Positions 19,782 to 30,756 are shown, counted from the first letter of the stretch. The stretch is 64,000 nt of DNA from Alphaproteobacteria bacterium (GCA_015062245.1 SUVA01000002.1:25234-89233), one strand, 5' to 3'. The notes: generated from the letters alone by a model not told the origin. Made by a program: numbers and translations.

Positions 19782-19886
19782 TATAATTGAAAATCTATGT
19801 CAACTATGAAATAAGCTTTTGTAATTTGCGCAAAAGTAAATCTTTGGATTTTACAAAGTATCAATTGGCGTATGGGAAGAAAGTTT

Positions 19887-20339
19887 TTACTTTTTTTGCT
19901 TATTTCTTTCGGAAAGAGAGTTTTCGTATTTTTCAAAATTTTTAAAAAGAAATATTGTTGGGAAAATCAAAAGAAATATACCCAAAATGATAAGAGGTAA
20001 GGCAAATTTTTCCGGAAACGTTTTTATATGGGAAATGAAATAAAAAAAGATTGTTAAACTGCCCAAAAAAGTTAAAATTTCAGCTGCCAGGTAAAAGTTT
20101 CTGCGACGAATTTCTTCCCATGATTTCCCGAATAAAAGCGGAGTATGACGATATGTGGCAAGGTTTCTGCTCATTAAAGAGAAAAAGAGAAAAATTGGAT
20201 AAAAAGGAATGAATATCCAACCAAAAATATAAATTATTTTATCCGCCCAATTTTTTTTAATAATTTTTTCCCGATGTGTATTAAAAAACGGACCTATAAG
20301 CCAAAGCAAATATATTAGTATTAATAATAAAAACTTCAT
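19887..20339 (-). CDS. hypothetical membrane protein
   Basis: Four predicted TM segments; 4-nt overlap with upstream small ORF, likely co-transcribed downstream of gyrA. Confidence 0.4.
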   Translation of the reverse strand: MKFLLLILIYLLWLIGPFFNTHREKIIKKNWADKIIYIFGWIFIPFYPIFLFFSLMSRNLATYRHTPLLFGKSWEEIRRRNFYLAAEILTFLGSLTIFFYFISHIKTFPEKFALPLIILGIFLLIFPTIFLFKNFEKYENSLSERNKQKK

Positions 20340-20542
20340 TGTTTCTTCTTTTTATGCTTACATTTTTCGCAGGTGCATTTGATATGCTCTTCTTGGCAGT
20401 GCTGATGTTCGGCACTTTGGCACACATTACAGTTTTTGTGGTGGTGCTTTAATTTATTTTTTAACCACTTTTTCGGCCCCTTTAATAACAGCAAGGGGAA
20501 CAATAAAATCGCCACAGTACAACAAAACGGACAAGGACACAT
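20336..20542 (-). CDS. small Cys/His-rich protein (putative metal-binding)
   Basis: 68 aa with CPCPFCC, HHH, CNVC, HQHC, CTCEKC clusters and Lys-rich tail; starts 2 nt after gyrA stop. Confidence 0.35.
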   Translation of the reverse strand: MCPCPFCCTVAILLFPLLLLKGPKKWLKNKLKHHHKNCNVCQSAEHQHCQEEHIKCTCEKCKHKKKKQ

Positions 20543-20543
20543 A

Positions 20544-23315
20544 TTATGATTCCTCGCTTGTTGTGTTTTCTGTTATAATTTCTTGTTCAGATTCTTCATC
20601 ACTTTCCATATAGGGCACCGTTGTGGCGGATACCACTTTTTCTTTTTTGCCATCCAAACGGAAAACAATCACGCCCATGGTCGCACGTCCCGCAATACGA
20701 ATATCATTCACACGGGTGCGGATAATCTGACCGCCGTCTGTGACCAACATTAAATCATCATCTTTGTTGACCGGCATTGATGCAATCACATGGGCCGCAC
20801 GTTTGCCTTCATCCGTTTTGATGTTGGTGACGCCTTGTGTCCCGCGTGAGGTAATACGGTATTCATAGGCGCTGGTGCGTTTACCATAACCGGCACTGGT
20901 TAAAGTCAAGATGAATTCTTCATCATTGGCCATCTTTTCAAATTCTTCGGCCGTTAAAGTGGTATTTGTTGTGCTTTCCACTTCCACTTTATCATCTTCG
21001 GTGGCCAAACCTTCGGCACGGCGACGGGCAGCAGCTTCTTTCAAATAAGCATCACGCTTATCAATTTCGGCTTTGGCATGTTTCAACACGCTCATAGACA
21101 TCACTTCATCATCGCCGACTAATTTCATCCCACGCACACCGGTGGAAGCCCGTGAGGCAAAGACGCGCACGTCATCCACGGGGAAGCGCACGCATTTGCC
21201 GTTTTTGGCGCACAACAGGATATCCTGATTGTCATCACAAATGGCCACACCGACCAACTTGTCGCCTTCGTCCAGCTTCATGGCGATTTTACCGTTTTGA
21301 TTGACACGCCAAAAATCGGACAGCTTATTACGGCGAACGGTTCCTTTGCTGGTGGCGAACATAACGGTCAATTTATCGCATTCTTCTTCTGTTTCGGGTA
21401 AAGTCATAATGGTTGAAATTGTTTCGCCCTGTTGCAATGGCAATAAATTGATTAAAGCCTTACCCAAGCTTTGCGGGCTTCCTTCGGGTAAACGATAGGT
21501 CTTCATCTTATACACAATACCACGGGTTGAAAAGAACAACAACGGACTGTGCGTGCATGCCACAAACAAATTGGTAACGGTATCTTCATCACGGGTGGAC
21601 ATACCCGAACGACCTTTTCCGCCACGGTGTTGGGCACGATAGGTATCCAATTTCACCCGTTTGATATAGCCGGTATTTGTTATGGTTACGACCATCTGTT
21701 CACGGGGAATCAGATTTTCCATATCTTCTTCAAATTCGGCATCTTCAATGGTTGTACGGCGTTCTTCGGGGAATTGTTCTTTAACCTTTAACAATTCTTC
21801 ACGAATGATGGCCAAGATTTTTTCACGGCTGGACAATACGGACAAAAAGCCTTTAATCAAAGCGGCCAATTCGCCCACTTCGGCATGAATTTTATCACGT
21901 TCCAAACCGGTTAAACGGCTGAGCTTTAATTCCAAAATAGCTTTGGCTTGGGCTTCACTCATCATATAAACGCCGTTTTCCACTTTGCGATCGGGTTCGT
22001 CAATCAATTCAATTAAAGCTTCTACGTCCTTGGCGGCCCAATGCTCACGCATCAATTGTTCACGGGCTGTGTTGGGATCAGGGGCAGTTTTAATCATTTC
22101 CACCACTTTATCCAAGTTTGCCACGGCAATGGCCAAGCCGACCAAGACATGAGCCCTATCACGGGCTTTGTTTAATTCAAAGGCAGTACGACGACGCACG
22201 ACTTCTTCACGGAAATCCAAAAAGGCCGAAATGATTTGCTTTAAGTTCATCAATTCGGGGCGTCCGTTATTTAACGCCAACATATTCATACCAAAGCTGG
22301 TTTGCAATGGTGTATATTTATACAACTGATTTAAAACGACATCAGGGAAGGCATCTTTTTTCAATTCCACCACCACACGTACACCCTGACGGTCGGATTC
22401 ATCACGTAAATCGGAAATGCCGTCAATGACTTTGTCTTTGACCAATTGGGCAATTTTCATAATCATTTCGGCTTTGTTGACCTGATAGGGGATTTCGGTA
22501 ATGATAATGGCTGTTTTGTCTTTTTTGATTTCTTCAATGGAACAACGTCCCCGCATGATGACGGAACCACGCCCTGTTTCATAGGCGCTTCTGGCACCGC
22601 CACGGCCCAAAATAACGCCACCGGTTGGGAAATCGGGGGCAGGCACATACCCCATCAATTCATCAATTGTAATTTCGGGGTTATCAATCGTGGCCACACA
22701 GGCACCCAAAACTTCCGACATATTATGCGGGGGCATATTGGTGGCCATACCCACAGCAATACCGCCCGAACCGTTGACCAAGATATTCGGGAAACGAGCC
22801 GGCAACACAGTCGGTTCTTCACACGATTCATCATAGTTAGGCATAAAATCAACGGTATCACGATCAATATCTTCCAACAACCAATGAGCCGATTGGGCCA
22901 ATCTGGCTTCGGTATAACGCATGGCGGCGGCCTTATCCCCGTCCATAGAACCGAAGTTCCCCTGAGGGCTGATAAGCGGAACACGCATTGAAAAGTCCTG
23001 AGCCATACGCACCATAGCTTCGTAAATTGAGCTGTCACCATGGGGGTGATATTTACCCATCACATCACCGACGATACGGGCGGATTTGCGGAAAGGCTTG
23101 TTGTATTCATAACCGTTTTCGTGCATAGAAAACAAAATACGGCGATGCACCGGTTTTAAACCATCCCGCACATCGGGCAGGGCACGTGCCACAATCACGC
23201 TCATGGCATAATCCAAATAGGATTTACGCATTTCTTCTTCAATGCCTGTTTGTAAAATATCGCTGGCAACAACACCCGTTGTCAATGCCGTTTGTTCATT
23301 TAATTCTTCGGTCAT
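20544..23315 (-). CDS. gyrA: DNA gyrase subunit A
   Basis: Canonical GyrA N-terminus ([23 protein letters not shown], active-site Tyr region) and C-terminal beta-pinwheel repeats; acidic tail. Confidence 0.97.
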   Translation of the reverse strand: MTEELNEQTALTTGVVASDILQTGIEEEMRKSYLDYAMSVIVARALPDVRDGLKPVHRRILFSMHENGYEYNKPFRKSARIVGDVMGKYHPHGDSSIYEAMVRMAQDFSMRVPLISPQGNFGSMDGDKAAAMRYTEARLAQSAHWLLEDIDRDTVDFMPNYDESCEEPTVLPARFPNILVNGSGGIAVGMATNMPPHNMSEVLGACVATIDNPEITIDELMGYVPAPDFPTGGVILGRGGARSAYETGRGSVIMRGRCSIEEIKKDKTAIIITEIPYQVNKAEMIMKIAQLVKDKVIDGISDLRDESDRQGVRVVVELKKDAFPDVVLNQLYKYTPLQTSFGMNMLALNNGRPELMNLKQIISAFLDFREEVVRRRTAFELNKARDRAHVLVGLAIAVANLDKVVEMIKTAPDPNTAREQLMREHWAAKDVEALIELIDEPDRKVENGVYMMSEAQAKAILELKLSRLTGLERDKIHAEVGELAALIKGFLSVLSSREKILAIIREELLKVKEQFPEERRTTIEDAEFEEDMENLIPREQMVVTITNTGYIKRVKLDTYRAQHRGGKGRSGMSTRDEDTVTNLFVACTHSPLLFFSTRGIVYKMKTYRLPEGSPQSLGKALINLLPLQQGETISTIMTLPETEEECDKLTVMFATSKGTVRRNKLSDFWRVNQNGKIAMKLDEGDKLVGVAICDDNQDILLCAKNGKCVRFPVDDVRVFASRASTGVRGMKLVGDDEVMSMSVLKHAKAEIDKRDAYLKEAAARRRAEGLATEDDKVEVESTTNTTLTAEEFEKMANDEEFILTLTSAGYGKRTSAYEYRITSRGTQGVTNIKTDEGKRAAHVIASMPVNKDDDLMLVTDGGQIIRTRVNDIRIAGRATMGVIVFRLDGKKEKVVSATTVPYMESDEESEQEIITENTTSEES

Positions 23316-23736
23316 TTTTACCTCACTTTAAAAAACGTTTTTATATATGCTCCAACCTAGCATTTTCCAAACAAAAATGCAAGCAAAAAATAGAGAATTT
23401 TATCTATAACTTAAATGGTTTATTTAAAAATTAGTATCCCATCTGTGTACACCATTCAGGGGTATATGAATAATTAGCAGGATAATAGTTTATAGAAGCA
23501 TTGTGCCAATATCCAGAAGCGATCTACACTTGAGGTGCAAAGAAGAACCGTTTGGATATTTTGGGATAAAAGATACAGAACCTAAATGAAAATCAATTAC
23601 ACCATGGAATATCAGCATTAGCTATAATTTAAGCCAATTTCATTTCTAAACTTTTCAGTATCTTACTTCAAAAAAGTTTTTACATATGTTCTAGCTTTTT
23701 CCTCATCAAGCTAATTTTTTTGATGTAAAAATAAAA

Positions 23737-25941
23737 CTAGTTCATCCAACTGCAATCGTTTACCTTGTTTACAATGGACATATCTGTGCTTCCCGCAGAA
23801 CCGCAATAATACAGGTTTTGAATTGTACCAGTGTAAAAACCTTGACAATATGCTTTTTTACTTCCTTGCAGATAGGCATTGGTTATGTTACCCGGTGTGG
23901 AAGCTATTATACAATTACATTCTCCACAACTGGCAAGACCATACTCTCCCCCATAAGCAATCAAAGTGCCAATTGTTGCTTCCCCATACACATTGTATAA
24001 TCCACCATTTTTAATCTCTATTTTAGAAGCCTGTAAAGAACCATCGTTTTGCAAGTTTCCTTTTTCTATTTCTATATTTGTTGCTTCCAATGTTTTGACA
24101 GTACTGTATATGCTGTTTGAATTGAGTATACATGTTTCAGGGGTGAAAACTCCACCTGCTGCTGTTATTGGCCCTGAAAAAATTGAACATGTTATATTTT
24201 TTGCAGAGAGTTTTCCTGAATTGTCTAATCCTTTGGCAGCTTTTACATTTATTTTATTTGTTGCAGTTATTGTTCCTGTGTTTCTTATTGCATAAAGATC
24301 TTTGGATAGATTTCCTGTTTCAAAACTTTCTTCTTCCCCCACTACAGTGATATTGTCGGAATTGATTGTTCCGTAATTTGTAATTCCAACGTTAATCATT
24401 TGAGCACTTGCATCTATATCGGAAATATTTAAAGTTCCTCTGTTAATTATTGAAGCATTCGTGGTAAGAGAATCCGAATAAATTGTTCCGTAGTTTTGAA
24501 CAGAATAAGCATTGTCGTTATTACCATCACTTCTTATAAGAATACTATTGACTTTTAAGGTTTTTCCTTCTGACACTGATACCTGCAGAACAGATTGATC
24601 GGAAAATGATAATTTGCATTCGGAAATGTCTAAATCTTTTTCGACGTTTAATCTGCCGTTATATTTTATGGTTTCATTATCTTTCATTAAAAATGTTCCG
24701 TTGGTCCCCGAACTTTCTTTGTCGAGAACATAACCAGCATCAAGCATTTTCAAACAACATTGATTTTCACCGCATCCATCGTCTTCAACGCAATTATTTC
24801 CATCCAGTTTATAACCTTTTTCACATTTTATCGGCAACCCGCTTTCGTTGCACTCCGTCACATTTGCACCACAAGGCGTGCAGGTATTTCCATTTAAATA
24901 ATAGCCAGTTTGACAGGCTGTTGGTTTGCCCGTTGAATCACAGCTGAGCACACCTGTACCACAGGATGTGCAAGAATTTCCATTTTTATAATAGCCGGCT
25001 TGGCAGGTAAAGCCATTTGAAGTACAACTAGCCACACCTGTTGTCGGACATTGAACACAAGAATTACCGCTTAAATAATAACCACTTTTACAAGAGGTTG
25101 GTTTGCCCGTTGAATCACAGCTGGCCACACCTGTGCCACAGGATGTGCAAGAATTTCCATTTTTATAATAGCCGGCTTGGCAGGTAAAGCCATTTGAAGT
25201 ACAACTAGCCACACCTGTTGTCGGACATTGAACACAGGAATTTCCATTTAAATAATACCCCTCTTCACATTCTGTCGGATTGCCATTTTCATCACAAGTA
25301 ACGACACCTGTGCCACAGGAAGTGCAAGTATTACCGTTTTTATAATATCCTGATTCGCATTCAAATCCATCGTCTTTGCAATCCATACTGTTCTCTGGGC
25401 ATTCAATACAATTACCATTTGACAAAAAATACCCGTCAACACAACCTATCGGATTAAAATCACTGTCGCAAACGGCGTTCGCCGGACATTCCCGAGGTTG
25501 ACTATCTTTATCCGGTGTTGTTGATGAATCGGCCTCAGGAAACTTTAAAAAATAAAAGGTAACATTGCTGGTTGATTCACATTCGTCTTTTGTATATCCG
25601 GCACCTATATCAAATTCAGTCAAAACCCCACACAAAGAAGAACTATTCGTTTTTACATCAATCCAAAACCAATCTTTGTTTTTATCACCAACCCCATTTT
25701 CAATCGTAAATATCGTATCGTAGGGACCTTTTTCCGTTCGTGGCATCCGTTCACCGGCATGCGCATTCATAGAAAGTAAGCGAGAATTTTTAATAGCTGT
25801 CAATCTTTGGGCCAATGTATGGGTTTGGCTTTCCAATCTGGCCTCTTGCCACAGACGAATACCAGCCACCGTAATCAATGCAATAATAACCAATACGGAT
25901 AAAACTTCTAATATTGAACGGCCAAATTGTGCTTTTTTCAT
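23737..25941 (-). CDS. type IV pilin-like N-terminus / Cys-rich GYY-CxxC repeat / beta-helix-like large surface protein
   Basis: GGAG RBS; leader MKKAQFG|RSILEVLSVLVIIALITVAG with G(-1) and E(+5); 59-aa tandem Cys-rich repeats (CxxC..GYYxNGNxC); C-terminal NxGT(I/L)-type repeats; paralog of 30944..33169. Confidence 0.75.
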   Translation of the reverse strand: MKKAQFGRSILEVLSVLVIIALITVAGIRLWQEARLESQTHTLAQRLTAIKNSRLLSMNAHAGERMPRTEKGPYDTIFTIENGVGDKNKDWFWIDVKTNSSSLCGVLTEFDIGAGYTKDECESTSNVTFYFLKFPEADSSTTPDKDSQPRECPANAVCDSDFNPIGCVDGYFLSNGNCIECPENSMDCKDDGFECESGYYKNGNTCTSCGTGVVTCDENGNPTECEEGYYLNGNSCVQCPTTGVASCTSNGFTCQAGYYKNGNSCTSCGTGVASCDSTGKPTSCKSGYYLSGNSCVQCPTTGVASCTSNGFTCQAGYYKNGNSCTSCGTGVLSCDSTGKPTACQTGYYLNGNTCTPCGANVTECNESGLPIKCEKGYKLDGNNCVEDDGCGENQCCLKMLDAGYVLDKESSGTNGTFLMKDNETIKYNGRLNVEKDLDISECKLSFSDQSVLQVSVSEGKTLKVNSILIRSDGNNDNAYSVQNYGTIYSDSLTTNASIINRGTLNISDIDASAQMINVGITNYGTINSDNITVVGEEESFETGNLSKDLYAIRNTGTITATNKINVKAAKGLDNSGKLSAKNITCSIFSGPITAAGGVFTPETCILNSNSIYSTVKTLEATNIEIEKGNLQNDGSLQASKIEIKNGGLYNVYGEATIGTLIAYGGEYGLASCGECNCIIASTPGNITNAYLQGSKKAYCQGFYTGTIQNLYYCGSAGSTDMSIVNKVNDCSWMN
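24958..25312. repeat. near-identical 177-bp tandem repeat (2 copies; diverged copies flank to ~24840-25340) inside pilin-like gene
   Basis: acaggatgtgcaagaatttccatttttataatagccggcttggcaggtaaagcc... recurs at 24961 and 25138 (period 177 bp = 59 aa). Confidence 0.85.
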
Positions 25942-25992
25942 AAAAAATTCTCCCTTGTTTTTTTTATTGTAAAAAATTTCAATCCTTTTTGC

Positions 25993-26026
25993 AATAAAAA
26001 AAACGCCTCTTGAATAAAAAGGGCGT
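25993..26026 (-). terminator. rho-independent terminator downstream of infB
   Basis: acgcc..ggcgt hairpin with T-run on minus strand. Confidence 0.45.
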
Positions 26027-26045
26027 TTTTTGTTTTGATTTGTTT

Positions 26046-28445
26046 TTATTTTGCCACGAATTTAACGGCAGTTTTTTCAATTTCAAACGATTCAATGACA
26101 TCACCGATTTTAATATCGTCATATTTGGCCAATTTAACACCGCATTCAAAGCTTTCTTTGACCTCTTTGACATCATCCTTCATACGCTTTAATTGATCCA
26201 AATCACCCGTAAAGATAACAACGTTATCACGCAACAATCTGACCTTGGAACCACGTTTAATCAAACCGTCCGTTACCATACAGCCGGCAATTTTGCCCAC
26301 TTTGGAAATGGAAATAACCTGACGGATTTCGGCATGACCCAAAATCTTTTCGTGTTCTTCGGGTGTTAGCAAACCTTCCACAGCCTTTTTCATATCATCA
26401 GCCACATCATAGATGATGGAATAATAACGAATATCCACACCATCACGTTTGGCCATATCACGGGCGGCCGGATTGGCACGAACGTTAAAGCCGACAATAA
26501 TGGCATGGCTGGCACGGGCCAAAGTGATATCTGTTTCATTGATGGCACCCACGGCCGCATGCATAATATTGACTTTGACTTCGTCATTTTTGATTTTGGA
26601 TAAAATACCCACCAAAGCTTCCACAGAACCTTGCACATCGGCTTTAATCAAAACGGGCACTTCTTTCATTTCGCCGGCTTTAATTTTGGCCAACAAACCT
26701 TCGGTACCGCCCAAGCGTTTAATGTTCAACAATTCACGGGCTTTGCGACCACGATAGGCCGAAATTTCACGGGCGGTATTTTCATCTTTTACCACCACAA
26801 AATCATCACCGGCCGATGGTGTACCGTTCAAACCGACCACTTCCACCGGTTGAGCCGGAACAGCCGTTGTCAGCTTTTCCTCTTTGGCGTTTGTTAAAGA
26901 ACGTACACGTCCCCATTGTTGCCCTGTTACAAAAATATCACCGATATGTAAAGTGCCTGTGCGCATCAAGACGGTGGCCACAGATCCACGTCCTTTATCC
27001 ATACGGGCTTCCACCACGATACCTTCGGCCGGTCCCACCTGCGGGGCTTTTAAATCCAACATTTCGGCCTGTAATAAGATGGCTTCTACCAATTTATCCA
27101 AATTCAATCTTTGTTTGGCGGAAACTTCCACTTCCAATACATCACCGCCCATGGATTCAACGGCAATACCGTGTTGCAATAAATCGGTGCGCACACGTTG
27201 CGGATTGGCTCCCGGTACATCAATTTTGTTGATGGCCACAATGACGGGGACTTTGGCTGCTTGGGCATGGTGAATAGCTTCCACGGTTTGGGGCATCACA
27301 CTATCATTGGCGGCCACCACCAAAACCACGATATCTGTGATTTGGGCGCCACGGGCACGCATGGCAGTAAAAGCCTCATGCCCCGGTGTATCAATAAAGG
27401 TAATCCTTTGTTGATTGGCCAAAACAACCTGATAAGCACCGATATGCTGTGTAATACCACCGGCTTCACCTGTGGCCACATGTGTGGAACGCAAAGCATC
27501 CAATAAAGATGTTTTACCATGATCCACGTGTCCCATAACCGTTACAACGGGCGGACGGGGCAGGTATTGGTCTTGGGGGATTTCTTCACGTTTTAAAACA
27601 TTTTCCACATCAGATTCGGCCACACGCTGTTTAACACGGTGTCCCATTTCGGTAACAACCAATTCGGCCGTATCGGCATCAATGGTTTGTGTGATGGTTA
27701 CCATCATGCCCATTTTCATCAAAGTTTTTACAACATCAGCGCCTTTTTCGGCCATACGCACAGCCAATTCCTGAACGGTAATTGTTTCGGGAATAATCAC
27801 ATCATGAATCACTTTTTCGGCTGGTCCTTTTTGGGCGTTTAAAAATTTTTGATATTGTTTTTCACGGGCCCGTTTGATGGATGCCAAAGACCGTCTGTGG
27901 CGACGTGGACCGTTTTCATCATCACCGTCATCATCATCAACGGGTTGATATTGTTTATAGGCGTTTAAGTTCACTTTTCCCTGACGTTTTTGTTCAAAGG
28001 ATGATTTTTTATTCATCATTTGTTCAAATTCTTTTTGTTTTTTAGGGGATAATTCGTCTTCTTTTTCGTTTGAATTATTGCGTTTTCTATCGCTGTAATT
28101 TTTGGCTGATTCAATGCTTTCTTGTTGGGCCTGTTTTTGTGCCTGTTCGGCCTGACGTTTGGCTTCTGCCAAAGCCTTTCTTTCGGCTTCTTGACGGGCT
28201 TTTTCTTCTTTTGCCTTACGTTCCATTTCCAATTGTTTGGCATGTTCGGCCACTTTTTGGGCTTCTTGCAATAATTTTAATTTTTGTGCAGCATTTTCGG
28301 ACAATTGAGCCGGTTTTTGTTCGGTATTGATAACACGGCGTTGTTTGCGAACCTCCACCTGAACGCCGGTGCGTGTGCCGGCATTGGGGCGTAAAGTGCC
28401 GCCCAAAGAAAGTGTTTTTCCGGATAAAGTCAATTTTTCACTCAT
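26046..28445 (-). CDS. infB: translation initiation factor IF-2
   Basis: G-domain motifs ([21 protein letters not shown]); start moved to MSEKLTL ATG at 28445 behind AAGGAGG RBS. Confidence 0.95.
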   Translation of the reverse strand: MSEKLTLSGKTLSLGGTLRPNAGTRTGVQVEVRKQRRVINTEQKPAQLSENAAQKLKLLQEAQKVAEHAKQLEMERKAKEEKARQEAERKALAEAKRQAEQAQKQAQQESIESAKNYSDRKRNNSNEKEDELSPKKQKEFEQMMNKKSSFEQKRQGKVNLNAYKQYQPVDDDDGDDENGPRRHRRSLASIKRAREKQYQKFLNAQKGPAEKVIHDVIIPETITVQELAVRMAEKGADVVKTLMKMGMMVTITQTIDADTAELVVTEMGHRVKQRVAESDVENVLKREEIPQDQYLPRPPVVTVMGHVDHGKTSLLDALRSTHVATGEAGGITQHIGAYQVVLANQQRITFIDTPGHEAFTAMRARGAQITDIVVLVVAANDSVMPQTVEAIHHAQAAKVPVIVAINKIDVPGANPQRVRTDLLQHGIAVESMGGDVLEVEVSAKQRLNLDKLVEAILLQAEMLDLKAPQVGPAEGIVVEARMDKGRGSVATVLMRTGTLHIGDIFVTGQQWGRVRSLTNAKEEKLTTAVPAQPVEVVGLNGTPSAGDDFVVVKDENTAREISAYRGRKARELLNIKRLGGTEGLLAKIKAGEMKEVPVLIKADVQGSVEALVGILSKIKNDEVKVNIMHAAVGAINETDITLARASHAIIVGFNVRANPAARDMAKRDGVDIRYYSIIYDVADDMKKAVEGLLTPEEHEKILGHAEIRQVISISKVGKIAGCMVTDGLIKRGSKVRLLRDNVVIFTGDLDQLKRMKDDVKEVKESFECGVKLAKYDDIKIGDVIESFEIEKTAVKFVAK

Positions 28446-28779
28446 GGATACCTCCTTGATTAAACAGGATTTGTTTTTCGGGATAATGCACCAATTTGGT
28501 TTTGACATCATCCATTAAATTTTCGGGGATTTTAACCGTCCCCTTGGCGGCTTTAAAAAAGATACGTTTTTCAATTGCTTTTGCTAAACAATCACAGTTG
28601 GCATGCAACCACATCCCACGGCCGGGTAGAACTTCCCGATCGTCAAAACGCACAACCTGACCCGGTCGCCCCACGAATCTTAACATTTGTTCACGTGGGG
28701 CAATCGTTTTGCATACAAAACAGGTGCGTGTTCCGACAACCGTTTTGGGATTTTTATTTCTGTGATTGTGTCTCTTCAC
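28438..28779 (-). CDS. ylxR: YlxR/DUF448 family RNA-binding protein (start uncertain)
   Basis: RTCFVCK...GRGMWLHA motif of YlxR family between nusA and infB. Confidence 0.65.
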   Translation of the reverse strand: MKRHNHRNKNPKTVVGTRTCFVCKTIAPREQMLRFVGRPGQVVRFDDREVLPGRGMWLHANCDCLAKAIEKRIFFKAAKGTVKIPENLMDDVKTKLVHYPEKQILFNQGGIHE

Positions 28780-30268
28780 TAAACCAATGCTCCCGCGCTT
28801 TCATAATCATCTCATTTGCTTGTTTTTCCGTCATATCACCGGCAATTTCCATTAATTCATCACCGGCTAAATCGGCCAAATCATCCAAGCATTTGATACC
28901 TTTGTCGCCTAATTTAACCAATAATTCGTTGGTCATGCCTTCAAATTCGGTTAAATCTTTGGCCAAATTCAATTCTTTCAAACGTTCGGCAATTTGGGCT
29001 TCTTTGGCAACCAAATAGGCCTTGGCACGATTTTGTAATTCTGTGGCCAATCCTTCGTCAAAACCTTCAATGTCTGTCAATTCTTCCAAAGCAATATAGG
29101 CAATATCTTCAACAGATGCGAAACCTTCTTGAATCAACAAATGCGCCATCATATCATCAATGTCCAAAGCCGACATAAACAATTCCACACGTTCTTTTGT
29201 TTCGTTTTGACGGTGTTCGGCTTCTTGGGCTTCGGTCATCATGTCAATATGCCAGCCGGTCAATTGGCTGACCAAGCGGATATTTTGACCACGGCGACCG
29301 ATGGCCAAAGACAATTGATCTTCATTCATCACCACTTCCACGCTTTTGCTGTCTTCATCAATCACAATTTTTAACACTTCGTTGGGGGCCAAAGCATTGA
29401 TGATAAAGGTGGCAGGGTCAGCTGACCAAGTAACCACATCAATTTTTTCACCCTGTAATTCGGCCGTAACAGCCTGAACACGAATACCACGCATACCGAT
29501 ACAAGCACCACGGGCATCAATGGTTGAATCAGATGCATAAACGGCGATTTTGGAACGGGAACCGGCATCACGGGATACAGCTTTAATTTCAATACTGCCA
29601 TCATAAACTTCGGGGACTTCGGCTTTAAACAAAGCAGTCACAAAATCCGGATGAGAACGGGTTAAGAAAACCTGCGGTCCTTTAATTTCGGGACGCACAT
29701 CCAACACCAAGGCACGAATGCGGTCGCCCACACGATAAGATTCACGGGGAATCAGTTCATCACGACGCAATAATGTTTCCACATGCCCGACTTCTACAAT
29801 CAGGTTGCCGGCTTCCACACGTTTGACCAAGCCGTGAACGATTTGACCTTTTTTGTCTTTCATGGCTTCATATTGTTGATTACGTTCGGCATCACGCACT
29901 TTTTGCATAATCACCTGACGGGCGGTTAAAGCGGCGATACGGCCAAAATCCATGGGGGGCAAAGCATCAATGATTTCTTCACCCAATTTTGCAAACTTGT
30001 TGTTTTTGCGGGCTTCGGCCAAAGAAATTTGTTTGAATTCATCATCCACATTTTCCACGATGGTCAAAACACGTACCATTTCAATGGAACCGTCTGTCGG
30101 ATCAATGTGCGTGCGAATATCATATTCAGGACCGTATTTTGTACGACCAGCTTTGGAAATACCTTCTTCCATGGCGTGCAGAACAGCCAATTTATCAATC
30201 CCTTTTTCATGGGCCAACACATCGGCCATTTGAATCAGTTCTGGTCTGGGTAAAGTTGCATTTTGCAT
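28754..30268 (-). CDS. nusA: transcription termination/antitermination factor NusA
   Basis: NusA N-terminal, S1 and tandem KH domains (GRRGQNIRL), C-terminal acidic repeats. Confidence 0.95.
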   Translation of the reverse strand: MQNATLPRPELIQMADVLAHEKGIDKLAVLHAMEEGISKAGRTKYGPEYDIRTHIDPTDGSIEMVRVLTIVENVDDEFKQISLAEARKNNKFAKLGEEIIDALPPMDFGRIAALTARQVIMQKVRDAERNQQYEAMKDKKGQIVHGLVKRVEAGNLIVEVGHVETLLRRDELIPRESYRVGDRIRALVLDVRPEIKGPQVFLTRSHPDFVTALFKAEVPEVYDGSIEIKAVSRDAGSRSKIAVYASDSTIDARGACIGMRGIRVQAVTAELQGEKIDVVTWSADPATFIINALAPNEVLKIVIDEDSKSVEVVMNEDQLSLAIGRRGQNIRLVSQLTGWHIDMMTEAQEAEHRQNETKERVELFMSALDIDDMMAHLLIQEGFASVEDIAYIALEELTDIEGFDEGLATELQNRAKAYLVAKEAQIAERLKELNLAKDLTEFEGMTNELLVKLGDKGIKCLDDLADLAGDELMEIAGDMTEKQANEMIMKAREHWFSEETQSQK

Positions 30269-30270
30269 TT

Positions 30271-30756
30271 TTATTTTGCTCCTTTTTTGTTGTTAAAAAT
30301 TTCTTCGGGGAATGTCAGTTTTGCCTTGTTGACATCATCAAAAGGCAAATCAATGATTTTTCCCTCAAAGTCCAGTTGAATGAAGCCGTCTTTAAAGCCT
30401 TTCAGAGTTCCTTTAAAACGACGGCGTCCGTTGATTTCGTGATTTAATTCAATTTTGGCCTGTTCGCCGATAAAACGGGTGTAATCATCGGCTTTAACCA
30501 AAGGTCTGTCAATACCGGGGGATGAAACTTCCAACACCCATTTACCGGCAAACGGATCAGCGATATCCAATAAAGCGCTGGCTGTATGACTGATACGTGA
30601 ACAATCATCCAAAGTCATTTCTTGCCTGTCTTTGCGTTCGGCCATAATCTGCAAAGTTTGCATAGCACTTCCTTGAACGGATATGCGAACGATATCATAG
30701 CCCATATCGTTCAGGGCTGGTTCCACGGCATTTTGTACTTTTGTAATCAATTCCAT
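30271..30756 (-). CDS. rimP: ribosome maturation factor RimP
   Basis: RimP family (LEVSSPGIDRPL); start moved to MELITKV ATG at 30756 behind AAGGAA. Confidence 0.88.
   Translation of the reverse strand: MELITKVQNAVEPALNDMGYDIVRISVQGSAMQTLQIMAERKDRQEMTLDDCSRISHTASALLDIADPFAGKWVLEVSSPGIDRPLVKADDYTRFIGEQAKIELNHEINGRRRFKGTLKGFKDGFIQLDFEGKIIDLPFDDVNKAKLTFPEEIFNNKKGAK

Larger units (their letters stand above)
14231..19800. mobile_element. putative tRNA-Pro-associated tandem cassette array / genomic islet (no integrase in window)
   Basis: Five cassettes, each ended by a ~200-bp repeat that opens with a degenerate copy of the tRNA 3' end; cargo-like gene content; conserved genes on both sides (NSS transporter / gyrA). 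Confidence 0.45.

Noticed and set aside
21301-23041. ORFs on both strands inside gyrA (e.g. 22446..22991, 22655..23041)
   Set aside because: Overlap the gyrA coding frame entirely; gyrA identity is unambiguous; the overlapping frames are low-complexity.
24958-25312. Tandem direct repeats considered as a possible CRISPR array
   Set aside because: The 177-bp period, absence of spacers and in-frame location inside a Cys-rich protein gene make them coding tandem repeats, not CRISPR.
26390-28330. ORFs embedded in infB, including the Lys-rich 28016..28243
   Set aside because: Alternative frames or antisense of the IF-2 gene. The Lys/Pro-rich composition reflects the infB linker region read out of frame.
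28446-28511. N-terminal 22-aa extension of infB ([22 protein letters not shown])
   Set aside because: The canonical IF-2 N-terminus MSEKLTL begins at ATG 28445 directly after an AAGGAGG RBS. The extension overlaps the ylxR gene end and has no RBS.
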